A stretch of 64,000 bases of DNA from Alphaproteobacteria bacterium (GTDB lineage Bacteria > Pseudomonadota > Alphaproteobacteria > UBA9219): assembly GCA_028708035.1 (NCBI GenBank), contig JAQVZU010000002.1, positions 300-64,299 on the forward strand, read 5' to 3'. Of this stretch, positions 42,128-53,275 are shown piece after piece. Every line of letters begins with the position of its first letter. Position 1 is the first letter of the stretch. The notes under the pieces are model-generated. The model saw only the letters and a program-made list of their open reading frames with translations. It did no database searches and was not told where the DNA came from. A program made the translations under genes and the position numbers.

Positions 42128-44242
42128 ATGTTCAAAGTTTTCCGGAAAGAAATGGAATGGGGCGGCAGGATGCTGACGCTAGAGACGGGCCGCGTCGCGC
42201 GCCAAGCTGACGGCGCAGTTCTCGCAACATACGGCGGCACAACTGTCCTGTGCACAGTCGTCAGCGAGCAGAAGCCGAAGGAAGGCACAGATTTCTTTCC
42301 GCTCACGGTCAATTATCAGGAGAAAGCGTTCGCTGCGGGAAAAATTCCCGGCGGGTATTTTAAACGCGAAGGCCGCCCCAGCGAAAAAGAAACGCTGGTT
42401 AGCCGTTTGATCGATCGTCCCATCCGTCCGCTTTTTCCCGAAGGGTATCTTAATGACACGCAAGTCATTGCGACGGTTCTCAGCCATGATCTCGAAAACG
42501 ATGCCGACATTGTTGCCATGATCGGCTGTTCGGCAGCTCTTACGATCTCAGGCATCCCGTTTCTCGGCCCTATCGGCGCGGCGCGCGTCGGTTACAAAAA
42601 CGGCCAGTTCATGCTTAATCCCGTGCGCTCCGAACAAACCGACTCGCAGCTTGATCTTGTCGTCGCCGGAACCAAAGAAGGCGTCCTGATGGTCGAATCC
42701 GAAGCCCAGCAGCTTCCCGAAGCCACAATGCTTGAAGCGGTTGTCTTCGGTCACAACGGCTTCCAGCCCGTGATCGACTTGATTATCGCGCTGGCTGAAA
42801 TGGCTGCGAAGGAACCCCGCGAACTGCCGCCTCCGTCCTACGACAAGAAGGCGCTTCAAGCGCGCCTTAAGGACGTCATTGGGCCCGACATCACGGAGGG
42901 CTACAACGAAACGGCGAAACAAGCCCGTTATGCAAAGCTTAACGCCGCTCAAGAAAAGGCCATCGCCGCAATTCCCGAAACGGAATTCACGCCCAAGCAA
43001 ATCGCTGAAGGCATTGAGCAGATGAAGTACGATCATGTCCGCAACATGATCCTCGACTCGGGCCGTCGCATCGACGGGCGCGACACCAAGACGGTTCGCC
43101 CCATCGTTTGCGAAGTCGGCATTCTGCCGCGCGCCCATGGTTCCGCCTTGTTCACACGCGGCGAAACGCAGGCGCTTGTCGTCTCGACGCTGGGCACCGC
43201 GCAGGACGAGCAAATCGTCGATGCGCTTGAAGGCGAATATCGCGAGCCCTTCATGCTGCATTACAACTTCCCGCCCTACTCGGTCGGCGAAACGGGCCGC
43301 ATGGGAAGTCCGGGACGGCGCGAAATCGGTCATGGCAAGCTGGCGTGGCGCGCTATTCATCCGTTGCTTCCGCCGAAGGACAAGTTCCCGTACACAATTC
43401 GAGTTGTGTCAGAGATTACCGAGTCCAACGGTTCCAGCTCGATGGCGACGGTTTGCGGATCGTCTCTATCCTTGATGGATGCTGGCGTTCCGATGCCTGC
43501 TCCCGTCGCCGGAATCGCGATGGGTCTTATTAAGGAAGAGCGCGGCTTTGCGGTCCTGACCGACATTCTCGGCGACGAAGACCATCTCGGCGATATGGAT
43601 TTCAAGGTTGCCGGAACCGAAACGGGTGTCACTTCGCTTCAAATGGACATCAAAATCACGTCCATTACGCCGGAAATCATGAAAATCGCACTCGAGCAAG
43701 CCAAAGCTGGCCGCATGCACATCTTGGGCGAAATGGCCAAGGCTATCGGCACAGCACGCGAAAGCGTCAGCCAAAACGCTCCGCGCATCACGACCTTCAC
43801 GGTTCCGAAGGACAAGATCCGCGAAGTCATCGGTTCCGGCGGCAAAGTCATTCGCGAGATTTGCGAAACGACAGGGGCTAAGGTTGACATCGAGGACGAT
43901 GGCACCGTCAGCGTCGCCGCAATCGATCAAAAAGCAGCCGATGCCGCTATCAAGTGGATCAAGGGCATCGTGACCGAACCCGAAGTCGGCGTTATTTATA
44001 CCGGAAAAGTGGTCAAGATCGTGGACTTTGGTGCGTTCGTGAACTTCCTCGGTGCGCGCGACGGTCTCGTCCACATTTCGGAAATCAAGCCGCATCGCAT
44101 CGATAAAGTGGCGGATGTCCTGAAAGTTGGCGATGAAGTCAAAGTCAAGGTGCTTGGCATTGATGATAGAGGCAAAGTCAAGCTGTCAATGAAGGCCGTA
44201 GATCAGGCGACCGGCGAAGACTTGCAGAACAAGCAAGCCTAA
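42128..44242 (+). CDS. pnp: Polyribonucleotide nucleotidyltransferase (PNPase)
   Basis: 704-aa protein with two RNase PH domains and C-terminal KH and S1 domains ([28 protein letters not shown]). Confidence 0.9.
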   Translation: MFKVFRKEMEWGGRMLTLETGRVARQADGAVLATYGGTTVLCTVVSEQKPKEGTDFFPLTVNYQEKAFAAGKIPGGYFKREGRPSEKETLVSRLIDRPIRPLFPEGYLNDTQVIATVLSHDLENDADIVAMIGCSAALTISGIPFLGPIGAARVGYKNGQFMLNPVRSEQTDSQLDLVVAGTKEGVLMVESEAQQLPEATMLEAVVFGHNGFQPVIDLIIALAEMAAKEPRELPPPSYDKKALQARLKDVIGPDITEGYNETAKQARYAKLNAAQEKAIAAIPETEFTPKQIAEGIEQMKYDHVRNMILDSGRRIDGRDTKTVRPIVCEVGILPRAHGSALFTRGETQALVVSTLGTAQDEQIVDALEGEYREPFMLHYNFPPYSVGETGRMGSPGRREIGHGKLAWRAIHPLLPPKDKFPYTIRVVSEITESNGSSSMATVCGSSLSLMDAGVPMPAPVAGIAMGLIKEERGFAVLTDILGDEDHLGDMDFKVAGTETGVTSLQMDIKITSITPEIMKIALEQAKAGRMHILGEMAKAIGTARESVSQNAPRITTFTVPKDKIREVIGSGGKVIREICETTGAKVDIEDDGTVSVAAIDQKAADAAIKWIKGIVTEPEVGVIYTGKVVKIVDFGAFVNFLGARDGLVHISEIKPHRIDKVADVLKVGDEVKVKVLGIDDRGKVKLSMKAVDQATGEDLQNKQA

Positions 44243-44263
44243 TTTTAGAACGTAATTGCGAAA

Positions 44264-44298
44264 ACAAGCGGTTCTATCCGGGCCGCTTGTTTTTGCGT
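44264..44298 (+). terminator. Intrinsic terminator after pnp
   Basis: ACAAGCGG...CCGCTTGT hairpin followed by TTTTTGCGTTT. Confidence 0.7.
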
Positions 44299-44385
44299 TT
44301 ACCCTTTGGTAACGCTGATACTTTAGTGTTCTCGGTGAAGTCTCGCTGCGCTATTTCCGAGAGCCAACAACCTTGTGTGCCAAAA

Positions 44386-45135
44386 ATGAAAATTCTCGTC
44401 ACCGTCAAACGCGTTATCGACTATAACGTTAACATCCGCATCAAGTCGGACAACAGCGGAGTCGAAACCGCCAACGTCAAAATGTCGATGAATCCATTCG
44501 ACGAAATCGCGGTCGAGGAAGCTATCCGCCTGAAGGAAAAAGGCATTGCGACCGAAACTGTAGTGGTGACACTGGGCCCAGCCGCCGCGCAGGAAACGCT
44601 AAGAACCGCGCTTGCAATGGGCATTGATCGGGCCATCCACATTCCGGTGGACACCGAAGTCCAATCCCTCGGTGTCGCGCGTGCCTTGAAAAAAATTGTC
44701 GAAAAAGAAAAACCCGATCTTATCATTATGGGCAAGCAAGCCATCGATCAGGAAAGCAATCAAACAGGCGCCCTGCTGGCGGCAAAGCTTGGGTGGCCGC
44801 AAGGCACCTTTGTCTCGAAACTTGAGGTCGCCGACGGCCAAGCCAAAGCAACCCGTGAAATTGATGGCGGTCTTGAAACCATCTCCATTAAGCTTCCCGC
44901 CGTCATCACTGCCGATCTGCGCCTTAACACGCCACGTTTTGCAACGTTGCCAAATATCATGAAAGCTAAGAAGCGTCCGCTTGAAACCATCAATGCGGCG
45001 GATTTAGGCGTTGACTTGACGCCTACCATCCAGACGCTGAAGGTGACGCCTCCGCCCGCGCGCAAGGGCGGAATTAAGGTCCCTGACGTTGCCACGCTGG
45101 TCGATAAGCTTAAAAACGAAGCCAAAGTGATCTAG
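44386..45135 (+). CDS. etfB: Electron transfer flavoprotein beta subunit
   Basis: [15 protein letters not shown]... matches EtfB. The ORF track N-terminal extension overlaps the pnp terminator and was trimmed. Confidence 0.85.
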   Translation: MKILVTVKRVIDYNVNIRIKSDNSGVETANVKMSMNPFDEIAVEEAIRLKEKGIATETVVVTLGPAAAQETLRTALAMGIDRAIHIPVDTEVQSLGVARALKKIVEKEKPDLIIMGKQAIDQESNQTGALLAAKLGWPQGTFVSKLEVADGQAKATREIDGGLETISIKLPAVITADLRLNTPRFATLPNIMKAKKRPLETINAADLGVDLTPTIQTLKVTPPPARKGGIKVPDVATLVDKLKNEAKVI

Positions 45136-45139
45136 TTTA

Positions 45140-45790
45140 ATGGCCTCGCCGCTCACAACAGCCGTCTTCGATCTTGGCGGGGTTCTTATCGATTGGAACC
45201 CCGACTACCTCTATCGTTCGCTGATTCTGGACGACGGAGAGCGCAAGCGTTTTCTAACCGAAGTATGCTCTCCGGCATGGAACTACAAACAAGACGAAGG
45301 CCGGACCTTTGCCGAGGCAGAAGCCGAACTGATCGCAAGTTATCCTGAAAAGGCTGCTCTAATCAAAGCTTGGCGCGAACGCTATACCGAAACGATGAAA
45401 GGCCCAATTCAGGGCTCAGTCGATCTATTAAAGAAATTAGACCAAACTGGCATAAACCTTTATGCCCTGACCAACTGGTCCTCGGAAACATTCCCGATTG
45501 CGCGCAATCGGTTTGATTTTCTAGGCATCTTCCGCGAGATTGTCGTTTCCGGCGAGGAAAAGCTCGCCAAACCAAATCCACGTTTTTACGAAGTTCTTAT
45601 CGACCGCTGCCATATCGACCCGCGCCAATCATTCTACGTCGATGATAACCCTCCTAATGTCGAAGCGGCCAAACGCCTCGGTTTCATTGCACATCGCTTT
45701 ACAACGCCCGAAGACCTGAAAGAAGCGCTTGTCCTTAATGGACTTTTAAATACTGAAAGGAAATCCCATGCCAGTTCTTGTTGTCGCTGA
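45140..45790 (+). CDS. HAD-superfamily hydrolase (subfamily IA-like)
   Basis: Motif I VFDLGGVLID, and a C-terminal DD motif (YVDDNPPNVEAAKRLG). Confidence 0.7.
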   Translation: MASPLTTAVFDLGGVLIDWNPDYLYRSLILDDGERKRFLTEVCSPAWNYKQDEGRTFAEAEAELIASYPEKAALIKAWRERYTETMKGPIQGSVDLLKKLDQTGINLYALTNWSSETFPIARNRFDFLGIFREIVVSGEEKLAKPNPRFYEVLIDRCHIDPRQSFYVDDNPPNVEAAKRLGFIAHRFTTPEDLKEALVLNGLLNTERKSHASSCCR

Positions 45791-46694
45791 ACACGACCAT
45801 AAAAGCCTAAAATCCGCGACACTTAGCACCATTACGGCGGCGGCAAAGTTAGGCCCCGTCACGGTCCTCGTAGCCGGACAGAATGCTGTTGCCGCTGCGC
45901 AGGAAGCCGCTTCCATCCAGGGCGTAGCCGAGGTGCTTCATGCCGACGATGCGGCCTACGCGAACTTCCTTGCCGAAAACCTTGCCGCGCTCACAGCCAA
46001 GCTTGCGCCGAATTATTCGCATGTCCTTGCCCCAGCCACAAGCTTTGGCAAAAACGTTCTTCCCCGTGTGGCAGGCCTGTGCGACGTCGCCCAAATCTCC
46101 GACATCATCGGAATCGAAAGCGCGGACACGTTTATCCGCCCCATCTACGCGGGCAATGCCATTGCCACGGTCAAATCGACTGATAAAATCAAGTTCATCA
46201 CCGTGCGCGGCACAGCCTTCGACAAAGCCGCCAAGGGAGGAAACGCTTCGGTCAAAACGATCGAAGGGGCAGGGGACTCCGGCCTTTCTTCTTTTGTCGG
46301 CGCAGAACTGACAAAATCTGCGCGCCCGGAATTGACGGCGGCAACGATTGTCGTCTCAGGCGGTCGCGGCCTTGACTCCGCCGATAAGTTCAAAGCGACC
46401 ATCGAGCCTTTGGCCGACAAGCTCAAGGCGGCTATTGGCGCATCGCGCTCGGCAGTTGACGCAGGTTTTATCTCGAACGATTGCCAGGTCGGCCAAACAG
46501 GTAAGATTGTGGCTCCAAACCTCTACATCGCCATCGGCATCTCGGGCGCAATCCAGCACTTGGCGGGCATGAAGGACAGCAAGACAATCGTCGCGATCAA
46601 CAAAGATCCCGACGCTCCCATCTTCGCCGTCGCCGATTACGGTATCGTCGGCGATTTGTTTACGATCGTGCCAGAGCTGGTAAAGGTTCTATAA
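45768..46694 (+). CDS. etfA: Electron transfer flavoprotein alpha subunit
   Basis: N-terminal [10 protein letters not shown] and a C-terminal FAD-binding region ([34 protein letters not shown]). Confidence 0.85.
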   Translation: MPVLVVAEHDHKSLKSATLSTITAAAKLGPVTVLVAGQNAVAAAQEAASIQGVAEVLHADDAAYANFLAENLAALTAKLAPNYSHVLAPATSFGKNVLPRVAGLCDVAQISDIIGIESADTFIRPIYAGNAIATVKSTDKIKFITVRGTAFDKAAKGGNASVKTIEGAGDSGLSSFVGAELTKSARPELTAATIVVSGGRGLDSADKFKATIEPLADKLKAAIGASRSAVDAGFISNDCQVGQTGKIVAPNLYIAIGISGAIQHLAGMKDSKTIVAINKDPDAPIFAVADYGIVGDLFTIVPELVKVL

Positions 46695-46700
46695 GCGGCA

Positions 46701-46735
46701 CAAGAAAAAAAGGCCCCCGCCGGAACGGCGGCGGG
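46701..46735. terminator. GC hairpin terminator, with a U-run only on the minus strand
   Basis: CCGCC-GGAAC-GGCGG core hairpin. The T-run is on the minus strand only, so it terminates the small minus-strand ORF and may also stop etfA transcription as a hairpin alone. Confidence 0.5.
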
Positions 46736-46889
46736 GATGATGGTGATCGTACTCGCGGTTGAGGCCTCAGCAATTGCCCAAGCCAAAGCTTTTTTCCATC
46801 CGGCGCAGAGCCACTCCGGCATTAGAAAGGGCGCGGTCTTCTTCCCTATGATTCAACAGGGCCTCCAAGCATGCTTCCAAAGGTGCTTT

Positions 46890-47081
46890 TTAACGCCGGG
46901 CTTGCAAATACCAAGGCGTTTTTCCGAAAAGATTCCTCGGGCCAACAAATACGTCCAGTTGCATAGTGCGATGATAATCGATGGGAGGCACAGGGCCCGC
47001 TGTTTCGGAAGTGGGCGCAGTAGTCTGCCTTGCAGCTGCGGAAAAAGCTGCTCTTACTTCTTCTGATTTTCCATTATTCAT
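46890..47081 (-). CDS. Small hypothetical protein (63 aa)
   Basis: ATG start with an AAGGA Shine-Dalgarno 8 nt upstream. The ORF is followed on its own strand by the hairpin plus TTTTTTT terminator. Confidence 0.35.
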   Translation of the reverse strand: MNNGKSEEVRAAFSAAARQTTAPTSETAGPVPPIDYHRTMQLDVFVGPRNLFGKTPWYLQARR

Positions 47082-47249
47082 TTTAAATATCCTTTAGCTT
47101 TAAAGCTTGATTCCAAGGAATTTTATTCCTATCGCCGTATAATGGTCCATTTGTTTATTACTTTCTAGTGGTGGACAGAATTTGTTATTCCCGCCAAAGG
47201 GTTCGTTAGGGACTTCGGCTCTGTTTGACCCAAAGAGCTAAAATCCGCA

Positions 47250-48191
47250 TCAAATCAAGGGCGCTGGGGGCGAGAAGGTTTCGGCAACCCTGTTGATTTG
47301 TCCTTTAAGTTGTGTCCGGCTTGTGGCTGGAAAGACCCATTGACTTAATGGATGGTTCGGGATTTCCTCGGTAAACAAGGCTTGTCCTGGCGGAAGAAAC
47401 TGAACGCAAGGAATGTCTGCCAACACCGCGGATATAACGCCGGATTTGCCGTCCTCGCAGGCTCCGGAACGATGCCGCATGCAATCCAGAACGCCTTTGG
47501 TTGGCTCGTTAAAGCCCATGAGCTGTGCGGTTTTAACCAATCCCAGAAGATACGGATAGGGACTGGGCTTTTTGTGTTCAAGTGAAACTTCTTCGGCAGT
47601 AATTACATAATCCCACAAACGCCGTGCTTTTTTTAACACGAACATATTTGCTTCAAATATAGGCCTTTTACTGCCCGTCACAGCGCCGATGATCCAGTTA
47701 TGACTGTGAAGATTCTCAATAACGCCTTCGACACCCTCACGGGCGCGCAACAGATCCTTGTTTTTCAAAAACCCGGAAAGATGAAGATCCGTGATCGCGG
47801 CAATATCTTGTTTCATCTCGTTAACACCCACTTTTCCGGCGGCGATGCCGGGGTTCTGTTGACCAAGGATCCAGCAGGCGATGACGGAAGGATCTGATCC
47901 GCGCAAGTATTGATGGACCTTTACGAGGCTTCCGTTTTCCTGAAGGACAAAAATGGTGTGCATTTGGTCAAACATGGCGTCGGTTAGCGTGACGCCATAG
48001 GTTGCCGCCGCGTCAATCCATGACTGAACATGCGTTGCCTCGTTGTCGACGGCGCAGCCGTCTATATCCCAGTGCCACGCGCCTTGATGTCGGAACATAT
48101 CGAAGTATTCCGAGAAAGATGCTGGCCTTCGAGTTATATATTCAAGCGATCCGCCTGGATCCAACGAGTATGGAATCATGAGGACCCTCAT
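47250..48191 (-). CDS. HAD-superfamily hydrolase with an N-terminal extension
   Basis: Motif I WDIDGCAVD, motif III K...PSPYPY and motif IV EDGKSG. Confidence 0.65.
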   Translation of the reverse strand: MRVLMIPYSLDPGGSLEYITRRPASFSEYFDMFRHQGAWHWDIDGCAVDNEATHVQSWIDAAATYGVTLTDAMFDQMHTIFVLQENGSLVKVHQYLRGSDPSVIACWILGQQNPGIAAGKVGVNEMKQDIAAITDLHLSGFLKNKDLLRAREGVEGVIENLHSHNWIIGAVTGSKRPIFEANMFVLKKARRLWDYVITAEEVSLEHKKPSPYPYLLGLVKTAQLMGFNEPTKGVLDCMRHRSGACEDGKSGVISAVLADIPCVQFLPPGQALFTEEIPNHPLSQWVFPATSRTQLKGQINRVAETFSPPAPLI

Positions 48192-48332
48192 TAAAGGGCG
48201 CTGGATCGTACCACGACCAATGAACTATGAGTTGGTGACCCGCCGGGTTTTTTATCTGAGTGCGGTAGATCGTAGCGCGTTGAGACGCAGGCATGTTGAT
48301 GCGGGGCAAACGCGAGACGTATTAGCGGGAGG

Positions 48333-49262
48333 TTAATCGATGCGGGGCATCGTACGGCTGATACGCTTTTCTTGTTGGAAGAGGTACAAAGCCGAGGCAA
48401 TGATAATCGCCGAGCCGAAAAGCAAATGAGGTGTCGGCAAATCGCCCCAAATAAAATAGCCCAAAAGAGCGCCCCAAATGATCTGTGTATACTGAAATGG
48501 GGCCACAGCTGCCGCTGGCGCATATTTGTAGGCTTCAGCGAGCAATGCCCAACCGATGCCGCCTAAGACTCCCGAACTGCATAAGGCCAGAAAAACCGAC
48601 GGGTTAATTGATGTAAAGCCGGTAAAAGAACAAAGAAGAATGCCTCCCATGGCGAGAATAAGCCGGGAATAAAAAGCGGTGCTTTCGCTTTTTTCCTTGT
48701 CGGACACCAGTCGCAAAAGAAACATCTGCGTAGCCGAAGCCAACATGTTTCCGAACAGAAAAAGATAAGGCAGCCAAGAGCCATCATTTTGCGAAAGATG
48801 CAGATTGACCGCGAAGATGACGCCAACGAAGCCCATGGCGATGGCGGCCCATCGCTTCCAGTCCAAAGACTCTTTTAAAATGACCGAAGAAAAGCAGGCG
48901 ACAACAAGCGGAGCAAGAAACGATACAATGTACATATTCGCGAGAGGTAACCGCAGCAACGCGGCCATCCAATAGACAAAGCCTGCAAGCTGCAACAGTC
49001 CAAGCAAAACAAGTCCGCGCCACCTGTTGGGCTTTAAATGGTCGAGCATTCCCCTTGCTGCGGTAAACACGAAAAGGGTCGCCATGCTAGCCACGCCGCA
49101 AATCAAAAGAATTTCGCCTTGCGGAACTCCCGCCTCCCGCGCCATCTTCAGAAATGCATCGCTGACGGGCCATCCGGCAAAAACAAGAACCGCCAAAGAA
49201 GCCGCAAGAGGATAGTTTCTGTTTGGACGAAGAAACGAAAGCGGAAAAAGGCTGGAGGGCAA
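48333..49262 (-). CDS. DMT-superfamily transporter (EamA-like)
   Basis: About ten TM helices with a duplicated EamA-like architecture. Confidence 0.7.
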   Translation of the reverse strand: MPSSLFPLSFLRPNRNYPLAASLAVLVFAGWPVSDAFLKMAREAGVPQGEILLICGVASMATLFVFTAARGMLDHLKPNRWRGLVLLGLLQLAGFVYWMAALLRLPLANMYIVSFLAPLVVACFSSVILKESLDWKRWAAIAMGFVGVIFAVNLHLSQNDGSWLPYLFLFGNMLASATQMFLLRLVSDKEKSESTAFYSRLILAMGGILLCSFTGFTSINPSVFLALCSSGVLGGIGWALLAEAYKYAPAAAVAPFQYTQIIWGALLGYFIWGDLPTPHLLFGSAIIIASALYLFQQEKRISRTMPRID

Positions 49263-49274
49263 GAAAGTCTCCTG

Positions 49275-52013
49275 TTACTGGGCAACTCCGTGGCAGTGCT
49301 TGTATTTCTTCCCGGAGCCGCAGGGACAAGCCGCGTTGCGCGGGGTATCGCCCCAGGTATCGGGATTAGCCGGATCGAAGGGCTGGTTCTGCGCCGGAAC
49401 GGTGGCCATGGTCCCGCTTCGCACGACCATACCCTCGGGCATTGGCTCTGCGCCGAAGGGCAAAGCCCCCGCCGCATCTGCGCCGCTAAGCTCCTGCATC
49501 GCTGCCGCACGCTGCCGTTCAAGGATTTCCTCCATAGAAGGGAGTTGCATCCCGGCATGCATCAGGGTCTTCGTGACTTTCTCCTGGACTGCGATCCGCA
49601 TAAACTCATAAAGCCCAAATGCCTCGCGGCTGTATTCGTTCAAGGGATCGCGCTGCCCATAGCCGCGCAAATGGATGCCTTGGCGAAGCTGATCCAATGC
49701 GAGAAGATGTTCTTTCCAGATCTGATCGAGCGTTCCGAGCAACGCTGCTTTTTCTGCATGGCGCAAAGCGCTCGGGTCGATAACGGAAGTCTTCTCTTTA
49801 AGCTTCTCTTCGGCGGCCTTCTTGATGCGCTCTTCGATCTCGACCTCGCCGATGTTTTCCGATAACCAAGCGTCAATCGGCAGATCAAGCGCCAGAAAGT
49901 CCTTAATATGTTCCTTTAAGCCCTCAACGTCCCATTGCTCGACATAAGAATGGGGCGGAATGGCCGTAGCCACCATGCGATGAATAACCTCTTCGCGAAA
50001 ATCATTGATGATCTCCGAGACATCAGTCGATCCCATGATTTCGCGGCGCTGTTCGTAAATAACCTTGCGCTGATCGTTCATGACGTTGTCGAACTTCAGC
50101 AGATTCTTGCGAATGTCGAAGTTGCGCTCTTCGACTTTCTTCTGAGCCTTTTCCAAAGCGGTGGTAATCCACGGATGCGCAATCTTTTCGCCATCGCGCA
50201 GACCTAGCTTTGCAAGAATAGCCTGCGTCTGGTTATGCGCGCCGAAAATCCGCATCAAGTCGTCTTCCAGCGAAAGGAAAAACATTGAAGCTCCCGGATC
50301 GCCTTGGCGGCCCGATCTTCCGCGCAACTGGTTGTCAATGCGCCGGGATTCATGCCGTTCGGTGCCGATCACAAACAATCCGCCTGCTTTCCGGACCTCC
50401 TCGCGCGCCTCGTCAATTTCTTTGCGCAGAGCGGTGACGGTGCTTTCGTCAGGCTCGCCCTTCGACCTTAATTCCGCAAGCCGCGCCTCGAAATTGCCCC
50501 CCAACTGAATATCGGTGCCCCGGCCCGCCATGTTCGTCGCGATGGTAACGGCTCCTGGACGCCCCGCCTGTGCGATGATCCCCGCTTCCTGATCGTGAAA
50601 CCGGGCATTAAGCACGTTATGCGGAATGCCCCGCTTCTTCAGCAAACCGGAAAGGAATTCCGACTTTTCGATCGACACGGTTCCAACAAGCGTTGGTTGC
50701 TTGCGCTTACGGCACTCGTCAATCAAGCGAATGATCGCTTCGTTCTTCTCCGAAAGGGTCCCATAAACCTCATCGTCCATATCGTTGCGAATTACCGGCA
50801 CGTTAGTCGGAATTTCAACAACCTCAAGGTTATAGATCTCAGCGAACTCCGCCGCTTCGGTTAAAGCCGTACCGGTCATGCCCGACAGCTTCGGATAAAG
50901 GCGGAAATAGTTCTGAAACGTAATGCTGGCCAAGGTCTGGTTTTCGCGCTGGATCGTGACGTGCTCCTTCGCCTCCAAAGCCTGATGCAGCCCGTCCGAA
51001 TAACGGCGACCCTCCATCATGCGGCCCGTAAACTCGTCGATGATGATGACCTTATCGTTCTTGACAATATAATCGACGTCGCGGGCAAACAGCTTATGTG
51101 CGCGCAAAGCCTGGTTCACGTGGTGAACAATGGATACATTGGCCGCATCGTAAAGCCCATTCGAGTTCGGAGCCAAAAGACCAGCTTCGCCCAGAAGCAC
51201 CTCGATCCTCTCGTTGCCCTGTTCTGTCAGAACGACGGTTTTGGCCTTCTCGTCCTTTTCGAAATCCGCGGCTTCAAGTTTCGGAATAATCTCGTTGACG
51301 CGGATATAAAGCTCGGAAGAATCTTCAGCGGGCCCCGAAATAATCAAAGGCGTCCGAGCCTCATCGATCAAAATACTGTCGACTTCGTCAACAATGGCAA
51401 AATTGAATGCGCGCTGAACCAGATCTTTGCGCGCGAATTTCATGTTGTCGCGCAAATAATCAAATCCGAATTCGTTGTTCGTTCCGTAGGTGATGTCTGC
51501 GTTGTATTGAGCGCGCCGCTCGTCGTCGTCGAGCCCATGAACGATGCAACCTACCGAGAGCCCCAAAAAGGCGTGAATTTGCCCCATCCACGCGCTGTCG
51601 CGTTGAGCCAGATAATCATTGACGGTTACAACATGCACGCCTTTGCCCGTCAGCGCGTTCAAATAGCTTGGTAAGACGGCAACCAAAGTCTTTCCTTCGC
51701 CCGTGCGCATCTCGGAAATCTTTCCCTGATGCAAAACGATGCCGCCGCGCAGCTGAACATCAAAAGGCCTTTGTCCCAAAACGCGCCAAGCTGCCTCCCT
51801 GACAGTTGCGAAAGCCTCGGGAAGCAATGAATCCAAAGGTTCACCCTTGTCGAGCCGGGCTTTAAACTCTTCCGTCTTTGCCCGCAGGGCTTCGTCGGAA
51901 AGAGATTTAAACTGGGACTCCAACGCATTAATCCGCTCGATAACAGGCGTTTGATCCTGTAAAACGCGGTCGTTATGGGACCCAAAAATTTTGCGAACGA
52001 TGGAAGATATCAT
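49275..52013 (-). CDS. secA: Preprotein translocase ATPase SecA
   Basis: Conserved N-terminus ...[11 protein letters not shown]...[12 protein letters not shown] and the C-terminal zinc motif [14 protein letters not shown]. Confidence 0.9.
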   Translation of the reverse strand: MISSIVRKIFGSHNDRVLQDQTPVIERINALESQFKSLSDEALRAKTEEFKARLDKGEPLDSLLPEAFATVREAAWRVLGQRPFDVQLRGGIVLHQGKISEMRTGEGKTLVAVLPSYLNALTGKGVHVVTVNDYLAQRDSAWMGQIHAFLGLSVGCIVHGLDDDERRAQYNADITYGTNNEFGFDYLRDNMKFARKDLVQRAFNFAIVDEVDSILIDEARTPLIISGPAEDSSELYIRVNEIIPKLEAADFEKDEKAKTVVLTEQGNERIEVLLGEAGLLAPNSNGLYDAANVSIVHHVNQALRAHKLFARDVDYIVKNDKVIIIDEFTGRMMEGRRYSDGLHQALEAKEHVTIQRENQTLASITFQNYFRLYPKLSGMTGTALTEAAEFAEIYNLEVVEIPTNVPVIRNDMDDEVYGTLSEKNEAIIRLIDECRKRKQPTLVGTVSIEKSEFLSGLLKKRGIPHNVLNARFHDQEAGIIAQAGRPGAVTIATNMAGRGTDIQLGGNFEARLAELRSKGEPDESTVTALRKEIDEAREEVRKAGGLFVIGTERHESRRIDNQLRGRSGRQGDPGASMFFLSLEDDLMRIFGAHNQTQAILAKLGLRDGEKIAHPWITTALEKAQKKVEERNFDIRKNLLKFDNVMNDQRKVIYEQRREIMGSTDVSEIINDFREEVIHRMVATAIPPHSYVEQWDVEGLKEHIKDFLALDLPIDAWLSENIGEVEIEERIKKAAEEKLKEKTSVIDPSALRHAEKAALLGTLDQIWKEHLLALDQLRQGIHLRGYGQRDPLNEYSREAFGLYEFMRIAVQEKVTKTLMHAGMQLPSMEEILERQRAAAMQELSGADAAGALPFGAEPMPEGMVVRSGTMATVPAQNQPFDPANPDTWGDTPRNAACPCGSGKKYKHCHGVAQ

Positions 52014-52173
52014 TATATGTCGCCGACCCTGAGGTGATTGATCGCATGCTTTGATATGCGCGCTTCTTTAGATGGCGGCTTTGGCGTCAAAATGCAAGAG
52101 ATTGTGGCATTTTCTTTGGACGCAACGATACATCCGGCATTTTATCGCCAAAGCTTATTTTTATGCTGAAATG

Positions 52174-53229
52174 CTATTGAATCGAACCTTTTGTTCCGCG
52201 CACGATCCAAGAATCTCCTTGGGCTTCGATCGCAACAACCTTGCCGATGCTCTCGACGGCATCACCTACATGCACCTTCTTAAAATCATTGGTTTCGGCA
52301 TTTTTGGCAATCAACCCTTCGCCGGGCGCCGCCGCACGTAAAACCCATGTGGTTGCTGGCTCGGAATTAACGGCGCTCTTACGAGCTTTGGGGGCCATTT
52401 TATGTCTTATGCTTTTCTTGACGGCTGCGCCAGCCTCATCCGACGCGGCGCCTTCAATGTTTGCGCTTTGCCCCACCTGCTTGCGGCCGATGCGCTTTTC
52501 AAGCTGTTTTAGCCGTTCTTCAAGGTTCTTTTTGGAAGCAGAAGAATCGTCTTCGATCTGGCTCAATTGTTGATTTGCCAAATCAAGAGCTTTTTGAAGA
52601 TCTTCAACGCGTGTGGTCAGTGTATCTATCCGGTTTTGGGCGTCACTAGTTGCGGTTGGCGCCTGAGCAGCCGGGGGCGGTGGCAGCGGCACAGCTTGAA
52701 CATGCGAGGCATCCGTGGAAACTGTGGCGGGCTGAGGCGATGGCGGTAACGAAAGCGGCGCCGGAGCTGCTGCTACGGAAGCTGGGGTTGGTTCAGCCGG
52801 GATAGCTTGAACTTCTGGTGTTGGCACAGGGACGGGGGCTGGCGTCTCTGAAACTTGGGTGCCGCCATTGCTTTGATCGGAGACAAGAGCAGGAGCTTCA
52901 TTCGGCGGAGGCGCTGGGCGCGTAGCGTCTTCGCCCGCTGGAGCTTGTGCCAAGTTTATTTCTTTCATGGATTTTCCGCCCATTTGCCACCAAGCGGTAC
53001 CGCCCAAAAGAACGATGCCCGCTAAAGCAACTGCAAGAGGAAGCGCGGCAGATCTCTTTGCCGGAGCGGCTGCTATTTCATCGGGAGGAAGCTCGTCGGA
53101 GAACTCGTATTCCGAAGGCGCTTCGGCAGGAGGGGCTTCTATGGAAGAATCCTGAACGTCCTTCAATGCGTTATCAGCGGACATATTTTCATTATTATCT
53201 TGCGGCGATGAGCCGAAGGTATCTGTCAT
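52174..53229 (-). CDS. Bitopic Pro/Ala-rich periplasmic protein, candidate DotF/IcmG-like type IVB secretion component
   Basis: Acidic cytoplasmic N-terminus, one TM segment (LPLAVALAGIVLLGGTAWW), a long P/A-rich linker, a coiled coil (LTTRVEDLQKALDLANQQLSQIEDD...LEERLKQLEKR) and a small C-terminal beta domain. It follows the VirB9-like and VirB10-like genes on the same strand. Start taken at MTDTFG (AGGAG 8 nt upstream). Confidence 0.5.
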   Translation of the reverse strand: MTDTFGSSPQDNNENMSADNALKDVQDSSIEAPPAEAPSEYEFSDELPPDEIAAAPAKRSAALPLAVALAGIVLLGGTAWWQMGGKSMKEINLAQAPAGEDATRPAPPPNEAPALVSDQSNGGTQVSETPAPVPVPTPEVQAIPAEPTPASVAAAPAPLSLPPSPQPATVSTDASHVQAVPLPPPPAAQAPTATSDAQNRIDTLTTRVEDLQKALDLANQQLSQIEDDSSASKKNLEERLKQLEKRIGRKQVGQSANIEGAASDEAGAAVKKSIRHKMAPKARKSAVNSEPATTWVLRAAAPGEGLIAKNAETNDFKKVHVGDAVESIGKVVAIEAQGDSWIVRGTKGSIQ

Positions 53230-53275
53230 GGAAAGCTCCTGCAATGTCTGCCGGGCGGGGTGCCCAGCGTCTCAG

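Noticed and set aside
46737-47066. 109-aa plus-strand ORF after etfA
   Set aside because: It begins inside the terminator hairpin, is antisense to the better-supported 63-aa ORF, and has no SD.
50961-51674. 237-aa plus-strand ORF (and many similar antisense ORFs inside secA, pnp, dnaA, mnmG and the helicase gene)
   Set aside because: These are embedded antisense in long, confidently identified genes. They are typical shadow ORFs of GC-rich coding sequence.
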